Origin: Polyangiaceae bacterium
GTDB lineage: Bacteria; Myxococcota_A; Polyangia; Polyangiales; Polyangiaceae
Length of the DNA: 64,000 bases
Assembly: GCA_035063585.1 (NCBI GenBank)
Contig: JAPSGB010000014.1
Location: forward strand, 35,533-99,532
Direction: 5' to 3'
Shown here: positions 39,601-48,846 of the stretch, in pieces
Layout of the letters: each line of letters opens with the position of its first letter
How positions within the stretch are numbered: the stretch's first letter is position 1
Program-made: the position numbers and the translations under genes
The notes under the pieces: generated by a model
The model's database searches: none
What the model saw: only the letters and a program-made list of their open reading frames with translations
What the model was told of the DNA's origin: nothing

Positions 39601-40500
39601 GGTGGCGGCTGCGATCTCGAGCTTGGTGCGCGGTCGGTTCGGCTGCAGCGTCGCTTGGTCCACCAGGCGATACGCGGGCGGGAGCGGGCTCGGCACCGAG
39701 GTCTCGAGCTCGTTTCGAGCCATGCCGAGGACCGTCTGGAGCGGAGCGCGGAGCGAGCCTCCTGGCTCGAGCAGCGGCCCGAGCGCTTGCACGAACTGGC
39801 GCAGGTTCGGGTACGCGAGCATCGGGCGGATCGCGCCGAGGACCAAGCTGGACGGGCGGTAGCCTTGCCGGCCGGCGATGCGCGCCATCGCCTCGCGCGC
39901 GAGCTTGGCCTTCGTCGCGTCGACCGCGCTCGTCGTCGGGTCGCCGCCGGGCCCGGCGAGCCCCGCGAAGAGGCGCCCGATCGCGCGCGTCGCGCTGGGC
40001 ACCAGCGGCTCCTTCGCCGGTTCGTCGATGGGGTTCGCTTCGTAGATCGGGACGAGCGCCTTCATGAGCGCGCTGAGCGCCTGGTGCGAGCCGATGGTCT
40101 CGCCCGTCTCGCCGAACGGGACCGGAAGCTCCGTCTCATCGAACGTCGCGTCGAGGGCGCGGACGAGATCGGCGCGCCTGCGTACGAGCGCGTTCATCTC
40201 CGCGAGCGACGCCGCGCGCGACAGCGCGGCTGCGCCCCCGACCGGCGGCAGCTTGGTCTCGTCGACGGTGTCGCCCCACTTCCCGTCCTTGTCGGGGCGA
40301 CACACCGCTTGATACGACTCCCCCGTCCGATCCTCGGTGAACACCGTCGCGCCCAGCCGGTCGCAGACCGTCGAGTAGATGTCTTCACCGAGAGTCGTCT
40401 TCGGAGGCGGCGGCCGCGTCTGGTCGAAGCCGTCCGAACATGAGACCACGAGCCCCAGAGCGGCTCCGAGCATCAGCGCGGAGCGAATCTCTCTCCTCAT
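36628..40500 (-). CDS. large hypothetical lipoprotein (1290 aa)
   Basis: Lipobox VVSC; coding-like codon use throughout; DSDGDGYAD motif; no recognisable catalytic motif. Confidence 0.85.
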   Translation of the reverse strand: MRREIRSALMLGAALGLVVSCSDGFDQTRPPPPKTTLGEDIYSTVCDRLGATVFTEDRTGESYQAVCRPDKDGKWGDTVDETKLPPVGGAAALSRAASLAEMNALVRRRADLVRALDATFDETELPVPFGETGETIGSHQALSALMKALVPIYEANPIDEPAKEPLVPSATRAIGRLFAGLAGPGGDPTTSAVDATKAKLAREAMARIAGRQGYRPSSLVLGAIRPMLAYPNLRQFVQALGPLLEPGGSLRAPLQTVLGMARNELETSVPSPLPPAYRLVDQATLQPNRPRTKLEIAAATMLAEDPAFLAVGSEPRYLVERDVRGVAVPAGNTPGIPGSVSAPFADSDGDGYADVDGFGRFLGASGGLAQLDPPFVIPGLARITSPDPYGRALDGSGQPVFQYHDANQALISALFRDLDPLLETDPSTQHETVSDLLAGAFELYGDQISENAAWAPGGQYLRFDASRSPIVDLLYGVSQLLADENSDAVLALLQKLVVEHEDLVARLLGVALEIREFSNQHPEASLDPSDTFWDEFAEIVVKLTDDPALFKDVLRAFSAPALQADFGHAMATLAKYRDRYTYDPADLNGPTLNLTAGGGSTADPSFLVDRTKPDVGDNMSALHVALQAIHDVSGASACNKAGAKVQMKLLGMNLSWPLFGSYKECELLVFDDIGVLYLKSVLCAATKDPAACKDAKLPIRDDGLNTLLGIAKTLGINADELLEQTSGVRGLTQTPNPPAMNRLVFFGATGSKYGPLKDDDPLAGSTNKDPQNFISSLIDPVSTVLCPLRDVQDPLGKLGAIRIPDCALSSSNDLLRIRDQGSIFSWETRDHANFKFDFYGSLAPLIKAFNDHDADKLLLEMMDVLYRHWSTAAHGPECTKTGTWKRGEPGYNPKYCAESGLSRYEPILIKAFESDLLPAIGELVKVVDGMTVVDARGGNASRSGLDLLHDAAVLLFDPKHAASVGLVSRDGKTATTWADGKTPKPQVALFDLFAQAMRGIDLRLEGKPVHARWRRARSQLVDQFLGIDGTGASAKFRDRAIPKALPILLGVLREQLNANCPEREVTGACPWANDADPSKTMWKRAQQTFEEPMFSTTMSLLHEVDPNDDARREVMKLLRYLIVPSSSNNAQTSTLTSLSDMMQLLGDEENMPPIYNAIAMAAAPTETEADGQPAPGAVDRALALVRALTSERAADGTPQPNPYDRYHIVDRILKNLVTPMDPKDPLSQTPIEVILDVVSEVNRLNADLTASAPLDAGDYEMVFRVVRDFMTSRTRGMEQLYEIVRHRNGD

Positions 40501-40634
40501 GACCTGAGTCTATCGATTTGACCAGCGAGCCCAAGCGCGCATTTCATGACGCATTGCGCCGCCGGTGCTCGCGCGCTCGCGACGCGACGCGGCAAACTTT
40601 CCGTCCGGCGCAGGGAGTGGCAAGTCTCGGGGCG

Positions 40635-42023
40635 ATGAACGAGCTCGAGGCCGTGGTTCTCGCCGCAGGGCAGGGCAAGCGCATGCTGAGCGGCACGCCC
40701 AAGGTGCTTCACCCCGCCGCCGGGCGTCCGCTCGTCGCCTACCCGGTGCGAGCCGCGATCGAGGCCGGCGCGTCACGAGTCGTGGTGGTCACCAGCCCGT
40801 CTACTCGCGACGCGGTCTCGGCCGCGCTCGCCGCGGCGCTCCCGGGCGCGGACCTCGAGTTCGTAGTCCAGGAATCGCCGCGAGGGACGGGGGACGCCGC
40901 GCGCGTCGGGCTCACCCGAGTCCGCGCCGAGCGGGTGATGATCCTGTGCGGCGATACGCCGCTCCTCCGCTCGGACGACCTCTGCGCGCTGGTGGGCGCC
41001 CTCGAGCAGGACCCATCGGCGCGCCTCGCGCTCCTCTCGGCTCACCTCGAAGAGCCGGCCGGCTACGGGCGAGTGCTCCGCGACCCCGACGGTCGAGTGA
41101 GCGCCATCCGCGAGCATCGCGATCTCGCGAGCGACGCCGAGCGCGCGATCCGTGAGGTCAACGCAGGGGTGTACGTCGCTGACGCGGCCGCGCTTCGCGA
41201 CGCGCTCGCTCGCATTCGAAGCGACAACGCGCAGGGCGAGCTCTACCTCACCGACGCGGTCGCGCTGGTCTCGTCGCTGGCGCTCCGGGGAGACGCGAGC
41301 GCTCTCGCTGGCGTCAACGATCGCGTGCAGCTCGCCGACGCCGAGGCGCTCCTCTACCGTCGCGTCGCCGAGCGTCACGGCGCGGCGGGCGTCACCGTGC
41401 GGAGCGGCGCGCGCATCGACGACACGGTCATGATCGAGCCCGACGCGGTGATCGAGTCGGGGGTGGTGCTGCGCGGAGCGACGTCGGTCGGCGCGCGCGC
41501 CGTGATCGACGTCGGCTCGGTGGTCACCGACTCGGTGGTCGGCGCCGAAGCGCAGGTGAAACCCTACAGCGTCATCACCTCGAGCAGCGTGGGCGAGCGC
41601 GCCCAGATTGGACCCTTCGCCCACCTCCGGCCGGACAGTGCGATCGAGGCGGAGGCGCACATCGGCAATTTCGTCGAGACCAAGAAGACTCGCGTTCGGC
41701 GCGGCGCCAAGGCGAACCACCTCGCGTATCTCGGAGACGGCGACGTAGGCGAGGGGGCCAACGTCGGGGCGGGCACCATCTTCTGCAACTACGACGGCTT
41801 TCAGAAGCACCAGACGATCATCGGCGAGGGCGCCTTCATCGGGAGCGACTCGCAGCTCGTCGCGCCGGTGACGGTAGGCAAGCAGGCGTACGTGGCTACC
41901 GGGACGACCGTCACTCGTGACGTCCCCGACGGAGCGCTCGCGATCGGACGGATCAAGCAAGAGAACAAGGCCGGCTACGCGTCGCGGCTCCGCGCGCGGC
42001 TCTCCGCCCAGAAGCGCGGCTGA
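40635..42023 (+). CDS. glmU: bifunctional UDP-GlcNAc pyrophosphorylase / glucosamine-1-P acetyltransferase
   Basis: LAAGQGKRM.S..PKVLH, GTG.A, GPFAHLRP, GNFVETK, HL.YLGD, CNYDG, hexapeptide repeats. Confidence 0.97.
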   Translation: MNELEAVVLAAGQGKRMLSGTPKVLHPAAGRPLVAYPVRAAIEAGASRVVVVTSPSTRDAVSAALAAALPGADLEFVVQESPRGTGDAARVGLTRVRAERVMILCGDTPLLRSDDLCALVGALEQDPSARLALLSAHLEEPAGYGRVLRDPDGRVSAIREHRDLASDAERAIREVNAGVYVADAAALRDALARIRSDNAQGELYLTDAVALVSSLALRGDASALAGVNDRVQLADAEALLYRRVAERHGAAGVTVRSGARIDDTVMIEPDAVIESGVVLRGATSVGARAVIDVGSVVTDSVVGAEAQVKPYSVITSSSVGERAQIGPFAHLRPDSAIEAEAHIGNFVETKKTRVRRGAKANHLAYLGDGDVGEGANVGAGTIFCNYDGFQKHQTIIGEGAFIGSDSQLVAPVTVGKQAYVATGTTVTRDVPDGALAIGRIKQENKAGYASRLRARLSAQKRG

Positions 42024-42073
42024 GTGAGCGCTCGCGTGGCTCGGAACGCGCGGAAGTGGCCTCACGCCCGCGG

Positions 42074-42775
42074 TCAGCGACGAGCTGAGCCGCTCGACTC
42101 GCCGAGCTCGCCGGTGGCGGGCGGCTTCGATGGGTACGGCTGGCTTGGCAACTCGTGATGCATCCTGCGCCGCTTGACCTCGAGGTACGAGGCCGAGAAG
42201 GGATTCGCAGCCACCAGCACCGGGATCCGACCGCTGACCGCGATGCCGAGCGCGCGGAGCTGATCGAGCTTGGCGGGGTTGTTCGTCATGAGCTCGATCG
42301 ACTCTACGCCGAGCGCGCGCAGCATGGCGGCCGCGACGTCGTAGTGGCGCGCGTCCACCGGCAGGTGGAGGAGCTCGTTCGCCTCTACGGTGTCCGCGCC
42401 TTGAGCCTGCAGGGCGTACGCGCGGATCTTGTTGGCCAGGCCGATGCCGCGCCCCTCCTGCCGCAAGTACAGGATAGCGCCTCGCCCGCGCCGCGAGATC
42501 TCTGCCTGCGCGTGCTCGAGTTGCCCCTTACAGTCGCACTTGAGCGAGCCGAACACCTCGCTCGTCAGGCACTCGGAGTGCACGCGCACCGGGATGTCCC
42601 GCTGACCGCGGATGTCTCCCATGACGAGCGCGAGGTGCTCGTTGCTGAGCCCAGGGTGCGCCGCCGGATCGTCCCAGCGGAAGACGTGGAGCTGGAAGAC
42701 GCCGAAACGTGTCGGGAGCGGGGCCTCGGCGAGCTCTTCGAGTCTTGGGGCGGCTGGAGTTGGGTCGGTGCTCAT
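42074..42775 (-). CDS. ribA: GTP cyclohydrolase II
   Basis: VRVHSECLT..VFGS.KCDC..QL, YLRQEGRGIGL.NK, TNNP.K. Confidence 0.95.
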   Translation of the reverse strand: MSTDPTPAAPRLEELAEAPLPTRFGVFQLHVFRWDDPAAHPGLSNEHLALVMGDIRGQRDIPVRVHSECLTSEVFGSLKCDCKGQLEHAQAEISRRGRGAILYLRQEGRGIGLANKIRAYALQAQGADTVEANELLHLPVDARHYDVAAAMLRALGVESIELMTNNPAKLDQLRALGIAVSGRIPVLVAANPFSASYLEVKRRRMHHELPSQPYPSKPPATGELGESSGSARR

Positions 42776-42870
42776 CTTCGGTCGTACGCTTCGGGGCCGA
42801 GCGGGGGGCTCCATCGTGGCCTGCCACTCCCGCACGATTCACGGGAAGATGGGGCCACCCCGTCTCATGG

Positions 42871-43944
42871 TCAAGATCTGTGAGCGCGGGGCGCGTGCGG
42901 CGGGCCTCCTCGCGCTCGCGCGCCGCCGCACAACTCGAGCAGCGCGTGCTCGAGCACGGCCTTCGGCGGTCGTTTGGAACCGCCCTTCAGGGCCAAGTCC
43001 ACCCGTGCCAGGCGCTCGAGCCAACGCTCGAGATCGTGTCGAGGGATCCGCCGGGTCTGCTCGGCGAGATCGCGCGCCTTGAAGGGCGGGGCTCCGGCCG
43101 CCTTGGCCGCCTCGGGCGGCGCCAGCCCAGAGCGCGTCGCGGACTCGAACCGGATGAGCTGCCGCGCCGACCAGGCCAGGAGCCCTACCAGGCGGAGCCC
43201 GCGGTCTTGCGGATCGTACACGCGCTCGAGGGTCGCCAGCGCCGCACCCGCGTCGCGCCGTCCCACCGCGTCGACCAGCTCCCAGACCGTGGTCGGGCGC
43301 ACGCGCACGACGCACTCGGCCACCACCTCCTCGGTGACCTCGGCGTTCGCTCCGGCGTAGAGGCACGAGCGCTCGAGCGCGTCTGCCACCGGCGCGAGCT
43401 CGGGGCCTGCCAGCTCGGCGATGAGGTCCGCGACCCCGTGCGCGAGCCGGTGGCCGCGCGCCGCCGCCTGCCGCTCGATGAAGCGCGGCAGCTCGCCGCG
43501 CCCGAGCGGCGCGCAGTCGACCAGCCACCCGTCGCTGCGCGCGGTCGTGACCAGCCGGCGCCGCTTGTCGAGCTTGCCCGCGGTGAGCAGGAGCACGGTC
43601 GACGTCGAGGGCTCCTTCGCATAGTCGAGCAGCCGCTCGAACGGATCGGTCTTGCGCTTCGAGTCGGCGTCACCCTTCGGCTCCCAGCGCTCGAGCGCGC
43701 GCACCACCACCAACCGCTGGCGCGCGAACATGGGCAGCGTGCGGGCGGCGTCGACCACCGCCTCGACGGGGTCGTCCCCGGCGGTGAAGCGGTCCTCGCT
43801 GGTGCCGCGCCCGCCACTCGTGAGGGCGGCCTCGCGCAGCGCGCCGAGCACCATCGAGGCCAGGTACTGCTCCTCACCGATCACCAGATAGACCGGCCGG
43901 AGCTCTCGTGCGCGCGCCTCGGTCAGGGCTTCGTCGGGGGTCAT
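42871..43944 (-). CDS. holA: DNA polymerase III subunit delta
   Basis: PVYL..GEE.YL, TLPMFA..RLVVV, KLDKR, VWELVDA, D.ALK. Confidence 0.88.
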   Translation of the reverse strand: MTPDEALTEARARELRPVYLVIGEEQYLASMVLGALREAALTSGGRGTSEDRFTAGDDPVEAVVDAARTLPMFARQRLVVVRALERWEPKGDADSKRKTDPFERLLDYAKEPSTSTVLLLTAGKLDKRRRLVTTARSDGWLVDCAPLGRGELPRFIERQAAARGHRLAHGVADLIAELAGPELAPVADALERSCLYAGANAEVTEEVVAECVVRVRPTTVWELVDAVGRRDAGAALATLERVYDPQDRGLRLVGLLAWSARQLIRFESATRSGLAPPEAAKAAGAPPFKARDLAEQTRRIPRHDLERWLERLARVDLALKGGSKRPPKAVLEHALLELCGGARARGGPPHAPRAHRS

Positions 43945-44087
43945 CGCGGGCGAGCCAACCAGGCCATGACTCTCCCTTCATGTAAAGATGATGTCGGTTC
44001 GGCGCGGAATCGCCCGGCTCCGGTCTGGCCGGCGGCGGGCTCTCGTAGTAGACCCGCGCCCGAAGCGCGGTCCGCGCACCATCGCTC

Positions 44088-45077
44088 ATGGCTCTCCCAG
44101 CGTCTCGTCGCGTCGATGGAGCTCGCGCTCTCGCGGGCTCGCCAGAGAGCGCGCTCGTCGCGATCGGCAACTTCGACGGCGTGCACCGTGGCCACCAGGA
44201 CGTCATCCTGGCCGCGGTAGAGCTGGCTCGGGCTCGAGGGCTCGTGCCCCTGGTGCTCACCTTCGAGCCGCACCCGTCGGAGGTGCTCGGGCGCGGTCGT
44301 CGCGCGCTGCTCACCACTCTCGAACGCAAGATCGAGCTCATCACCCGGCTCGACCCGACGCTGCGCGTGGTGGTCGAGCCGTTCACGCTCGCGCTCGCCC
44401 AGGAGTCTCCCGAGCAGTTCGCGCAGGAGCTCCTGGCGCGTGAGCTCCACGCCAAGGTCGTCATCGTGGGAGACAACTTTCGCTTCGGGCACCGGCGCGC
44501 GGGAGATCTGGCGACGCTCCGCAGGCTCGGTGAAGCGCTCGGCTTCGAGGCGCGCGCAGAGCCGCTCACCTCGGATGCCGGCGGCGCGCTCTCGAGCAGC
44601 CGCGTCCGCGCCGCGGTCGCGGCTGGCGACGTCGAGGCCGCCGCGCTGGTGCTCGGGCGTCCGCACTCGCTCTCGGGTCGTGTGGTCGAGGGCGATCGTC
44701 GCGGCCGCACCATCGGCGTCCCGACCGCGAACCTCGACGGCATCCCGGAGGCGCGCCCGGCGAACGGCGTGTACGCGAGCTTGGTCGATCGCCTCGACGA
44801 CGAGGGCGGAGCGCGGTCGCTCGCCCTCGGGGTGACCAACCTCGGGGTCCGCCCCACCGTCGGCGGCGGCCCGAGCGTGGAGACTCACCTGCTCGATTTC
44901 GACGGCGATCTCTACGGCGCCCGCCTGCGGCTGCACCTGGTCGCGCGGCTCCGGGAAGAGCGCCGCTTCGACGGGCTCGAGGCGCTGGTCGCGCAGATCC
45001 GCCGCGACGTCGCGGAGGCGCGCGCCCTGCTCGCGGCGCGGCGCCCCGACCCCGCCGCCGCCGGCGCCTGGTGTTGA
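44088..45077 (+). CDS. ribF: bifunctional riboflavin kinase / FAD synthetase
   Basis: GNFDGVHRGH, TFEPHP, VG.NFRFG, SSS.VR, GRTIG.PTAN, NLGVRPT, ETHLLDF..DLYG. Confidence 0.96.
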   Translation: MALPASRRVDGARALAGSPESALVAIGNFDGVHRGHQDVILAAVELARARGLVPLVLTFEPHPSEVLGRGRRALLTTLERKIELITRLDPTLRVVVEPFTLALAQESPEQFAQELLARELHAKVVIVGDNFRFGHRRAGDLATLRRLGEALGFEARAEPLTSDAGGALSSSRVRAAVAAGDVEAAALVLGRPHSLSGRVVEGDRRGRTIGVPTANLDGIPEARPANGVYASLVDRLDDEGGARSLALGVTNLGVRPTVGGGPSVETHLLDFDGDLYGARLRLHLVARLREERRFDGLEALVAQIRRDVAEARALLAARRPDPAAAGAWC

Positions 45078-45131
45078 GGCGCGGCGAACTCCGTCATCCA
45101 CAAGCTGCCCTCGAGCGTGTAGGCTCGGCGC

Positions 45132-46109
45132 GTGGAGATCGAGGCTCGCCAGCTCGACGGCATGTCACGCGACGCGCTCATCGAGCTCGCGCGCCGGCTC
45201 GGAGCGCGCCGCGCCGAGATGCTCACACGGGTCGAGCTGAAGGACGAGATCCTTCGGCTCGGCGAGACGGATGAGAACAAGCGCCGCCGCGCGCGCGGAT
45301 TCTTTGGCGTCGCGCGCGATCTGGTGGCTGGGCTGGTCGAGCGCGGCCTCAACATGCCCGACGCCGCCGCGCTCATCCGAGGCGAGACCATCCTCGAGTC
45401 GCGTTCGCCGGCGCCGCCGCCGGTCGCCACGGTGACGCTCGCCGAGATCTACGCCGCGCAGGGCCACACCCAGCGCGCGCTCTCCATGCTCGACGAGGTG
45501 CTCGCGCGGGAGCCGGATCACGAGATCGCGCGGCGGATGTCGGTGCGGATCTCGAGCGAGGTGGCCGCGTCGAGCCCTACCGCGTCGCTCGCGCCGATTG
45601 CGCGGCCGCCGTCGGAGCCGCCGCCCGTCGAGACGGCGGACACCGAGGGCGCGGCCGCTGCGCTCCTTGCCGAGCTCGCGAGGAGCGTGAGCGTCGAGCC
45701 GGCGCGAGCGGAGCCGAGCTCGAAGCCGGAGCGGCCGCCGGCCGCGGACGTGGTCGTTACGCTCGAGGAGAGCGACGCCATCGGCGTCTACTGGGAGCTC
45801 ACCGCGGCGACCCGCGCGCGCGCGGCTCGCCGGGCGCCTGGCGGCGCGCCGGTGATCCGCCTGGTCGTCGTCTCCCCGGACTGGCGCGGCGCGCGGCGCG
45901 TCGAGCGCGAGATTTTCGTCGATGCGCCGTGCGGCAGCGCGCGGGTCGCGCCGGCGCCGGGTGGTGCGCTGGTGCGCGCCGCGCTCGGCTGGGCGACCGC
46001 GAGCGGCTTCGCGCCGTTCGTCATCGGCACGCCGCTCGTCACGCCATCGAGCGAGGACGACCTCGCGCGGCGCGCGCTCACGGCGCTCCGCTCCGCGCGC
46101 CCCGAGTGA
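45132..46109 (+). CDS. hypothetical protein (small helical N-terminal module, TPR-like helix pair, beta-rich C-terminus)
   Basis: L..MSR..L..LA..LG; TVTLAEIY..QG....A...L..VL...P; C-terminal VYWEL. Confidence 0.7.
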   Translation: MEIEARQLDGMSRDALIELARRLGARRAEMLTRVELKDEILRLGETDENKRRRARGFFGVARDLVAGLVERGLNMPDAAALIRGETILESRSPAPPPVATVTLAEIYAAQGHTQRALSMLDEVLAREPDHEIARRMSVRISSEVAASSPTASLAPIARPPSEPPPVETADTEGAAAALLAELARSVSVEPARAEPSSKPERPPAADVVVTLEESDAIGVYWELTAATRARAARRAPGGAPVIRLVVVSPDWRGARRVEREIFVDAPCGSARVAPAPGGALVRAALGWATASGFAPFVIGTPLVTPSSEDDLARRALTALRSARPE

Positions 46110-46161
46110 GGCGCCTCCGTTTCCGCGCAACCGGCCGCGCGCTTCGCCCGACCGGCGCTGC

Positions 46162-47031
46162 ATGGTCGCCGGTCGAAAGCCCACTCGATGCCCTCCCTTC
46201 ATCGCGCTCGGCTCGCTCGGGCTCGCGCTCGTCGCTCGCCCGAGCGTGGCGTCGCCCTGGGCAGAGCCGCGCGAGCTCCCGCTCGGCGATGGGTCGTTCG
46301 TGCTGTCGGTCCGCGCAGGAACGGGCGCGCGCTCGTGGGGGCAAGCGGAGAACCTCGCGCTCGTCGAGCTCGTGGTGCCGCTCGAGCGGCTGGCGGCGCC
46401 GCGCGCGGGGCTCGCGGAGGCGGCGTCGGGCGAGCCGAGCGATTCCGCGCCGGAGCGACCCCATCAGCCCACCGGTCGAGCTCGCGGGGCGACGCCGAGC
46501 CCGGTCGCGGAGCTGGATCTCGCGCGGCGCGCGGTCCGAGCCGCGCTCTCGGCGGCCGGGTACGGGGCGAGCGCTCGGCGGCTCGACTCGCTGTCGGCAC
46601 GCGCGCGTTCGTCGGCGACGCTCCCCGAGGTGCGGCTGCGCGCGGCGCGCACGAGTGACGAGTCGCTCCGGCTCTCGCCGACCACCGCCGACCCCTATCG
46701 ATACACGCAGGCGGGCGGGACGTCGCTGTGGTTCGAGGCGCGGCTCACCTGGCGGCTCGATCGGCTGGTGTTCGCCAAGGAAGAGCTGGCGGTCGAGCGG
46801 CTGCGGAGCGAACGCGCGCACGCGCGCGCGGCGCTGGTGCAGAAGGTGCTCACGCTGGTCATCGCCTGGCGGCGCGCGACGCGTCGGAGCCTCGCGCCGG
46901 AGCTCCTGCCCGAGGAGCGTGAGCAAGCCGCGGTCGACGCGGCAGACGCGGCGCTCGCCCTCGATCTCCTCACCGGAGGCTGGTTCGCAGGGGTGCTCGC
47001 CGGCCCCGCGAGCGCGCCGAGCGGCGGGTGA
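46162..47031 (+). CDS. exported hypothetical protein with partial TolC/OEP-like features
   Basis: Signal peptide; RAR....LPEVRL, beta strand FEARLTWRLDRL, long helices. Start uncertain. Confidence 0.55.
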   Translation: MVAGRKPTRCPPFIALGSLGLALVARPSVASPWAEPRELPLGDGSFVLSVRAGTGARSWGQAENLALVELVVPLERLAAPRAGLAEAASGEPSDSAPERPHQPTGRARGATPSPVAELDLARRAVRAALSAAGYGASARRLDSLSARARSSATLPEVRLRAARTSDESLRLSPTTADPYRYTQAGGTSLWFEARLTWRLDRLVFAKEELAVERLRSERAHARAALVQKVLTLVIAWRRATRRSLAPELLPEEREQAAVDAADAALALDLLTGGWFAGVLAGPASAPSGG

Positions 47032-47052
47032 GAAAGCGCGTATAGTACCCGG

Positions 47053-48846
47053 GTGAGGCCTGCCCGAGCGCGCGTGTGTTTCGCCGGCTTCACGCTCACG
47101 CTCGCGCTCGCGGTGGGCGGGTGCGGCCCCGAGCGGCGCGCGGTGAGCGCCGGCGCGAGCGTGCGCTCGGCGGCGCTCCCGGTCGCGGAGCGCCGGCTCG
47201 CCCTCGAGCGCGCTCGCCCGCCGCGCGCGGGCGAGCCGAGCGAGCTGCTCGGCGTGATGCAGGCCGAGCTCGCGCGCGCCATGAGCGAGCTCCAGGAGCG
47301 CGGCAACCCGCCCCCCTATTACCTCGCCTATACCGCCTATGATCTGAGAGAGGTGACCCTCTCCGCGTCGCTGGGCGCGCTCGAGGTGGACACCGACGAG
47401 CGCCGCCGCGTGGCGGACGTAGACGTGCGCCTCGGCGACCCGCACCGCGACAGCACCCACTCGCGCGACGCGCCCGGCGAGTTCGCCGAGCCCGCCGACC
47501 TCCCCCGAGACGCCGACCCGCTCGCGCTGAGACGCGCCCTCTGGCTCGCTACCGACGCGGCCTACAAGCGCGCGCAGGCGAACCTCATCCGCGTGCGCGC
47601 CGAGGCGCGCGTCAACGTGGCCGAGACGGACGACGCCGACGACTTCTCTCGCGAGGCCCCGACCCGGCTCATCCTCGCGCCCGAGCCGCTCACCGTCGAC
47701 CGCGACGCGTGGCGCGCGCGGGTCCGCGGGTGGTCGGCGCGGTTCGCCGCGCACCCGCGCCTGGAGCGCGGGACGGTGTCGCTCATCGCCTCCGAGAGCG
47801 AGCGCGTGTTCGTGAGCTCGGAGGGGGCCGAGGTGCAGACGCCGCGCACCCACGCGCGCCTCCTCATTCAGGGCGAGGCGACCGCCGATGACGGAAGCGT
47901 CATCGAGCGCAGCGAGCTCATCGACTCGCATTCGCTGGAGAACTTGCAGCTGGATGACGCGCGCGTCATGGCACGGCTGGACGCGGTAGCGCGCGACGTC
48001 GAGGCGCTCGCGCGCGCGCCGCTCGGCGAGCCGTACGTCGGCCCGGTGATCCTCGACGGGCCCGCGGCGGCGGTGTTCTTCCATGAGATCTTCGGACACC
48101 GTATCGAAGGTCATCGCCAGAAGAGCGAGAGCGAGGGGCAGACCTTCGCGGACAAGATCGGCGAGCGGCTCATGCCCGCGTTCTTCGACGTCTACGACGA
48201 CCCGACCTTGGTGAAGGCTGGCGGCGTGGACTTGAACGGGTTTTATCGCGTCGACGACGAGGGCGTCCCGGCCGCGCGCGCCACGCTCATCGAGCGGGGG
48301 GTGCTGCGGGGTTTTCTGATGTCGCGCTCGCCAGTGCGCGGGTTCCCGCGGTCGAACGGTCACGGGCGGCGCTCGCCGGGCTATCGTGCGCTCTCGCGGC
48401 AGGCGAACCTGGTGGTCGATCCCGCGCAGGTCACCACGCGCGCGGCGCTCACCCAGGCGCTCATCGCCGAGGTCCGCCGGCAGGGCAAGCCCTATGGGCT
48501 CAGGGTGGGCGAGGTCGTCGGCGGCTACACCATGACCCAGCGCGGCGACACGCAGGCGTTCAAGGTCGAGCCGGTGATGGTCTACCGCGTGTATCCCGAC
48601 GGGCGCGAGGAGCTCGTTCGCGGGGTGACGCTCGAGGGGACGCCGCTCAGCGCGCTCGCCGACGTGCTCGCGGCGGCCAACGATTTTTCGGTGTTCAACG
48701 GCTATTGCGGGGCAGAATCGGGGGACGTGCCGGCGTCCGCCGTGAGCCCGAGCCTGCTCCTCGGCAAGCTCGAGATCACCCGCGAGGACAAGGGCGTCGA
48801 GCGTCCTCCGCTGCTCGGCGCGCCACCCGCGGAGGCGGCGCGATGA
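47053..48846 (+). CDS. TldD-family metalloprotease with lipoprotein signal
   Basis: Lipobox VGGC; FFHEIFGHRIE (HExxxH), DDP, DDEGV, SNGHGR, CGAESG. Confidence 0.88.
   Translation: MRPARARVCFAGFTLTLALAVGGCGPERRAVSAGASVRSAALPVAERRLALERARPPRAGEPSELLGVMQAELARAMSELQERGNPPPYYLAYTAYDLREVTLSASLGALEVDTDERRRVADVDVRLGDPHRDSTHSRDAPGEFAEPADLPRDADPLALRRALWLATDAAYKRAQANLIRVRAEARVNVAETDDADDFSREAPTRLILAPEPLTVDRDAWRARVRGWSARFAAHPRLERGTVSLIASESERVFVSSEGAEVQTPRTHARLLIQGEATADDGSVIERSELIDSHSLENLQLDDARVMARLDAVARDVEALARAPLGEPYVGPVILDGPAAAVFFHEIFGHRIEGHRQKSESEGQTFADKIGERLMPAFFDVYDDPTLVKAGGVDLNGFYRVDDEGVPAARATLIERGVLRGFLMSRSPVRGFPRSNGHGRRSPGYRALSRQANLVVDPAQVTTRAALTQALIAEVRRQGKPYGLRVGEVVGGYTMTQRGDTQAFKVEPVMVYRVYPDGREELVRGVTLEGTPLSALADVLAAANDFSVFNGYCGAESGDVPASAVSPSLLLGKLEITREDKGVERPPLLGAPPAEAAR

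Noticed and set aside
42776..44087. FMN riboswitch near ribA or ribF
   Set aside because: No RFN consensus seen; the intergenic gaps are short.
46078..48363. 761-aa minus-strand ORF and similar long antisense ORFs (e.g. 51873-54176, 48702-50708, 62032-63978)
   Set aside because: Mirror frames of well-supported genes; no motifs of their own.
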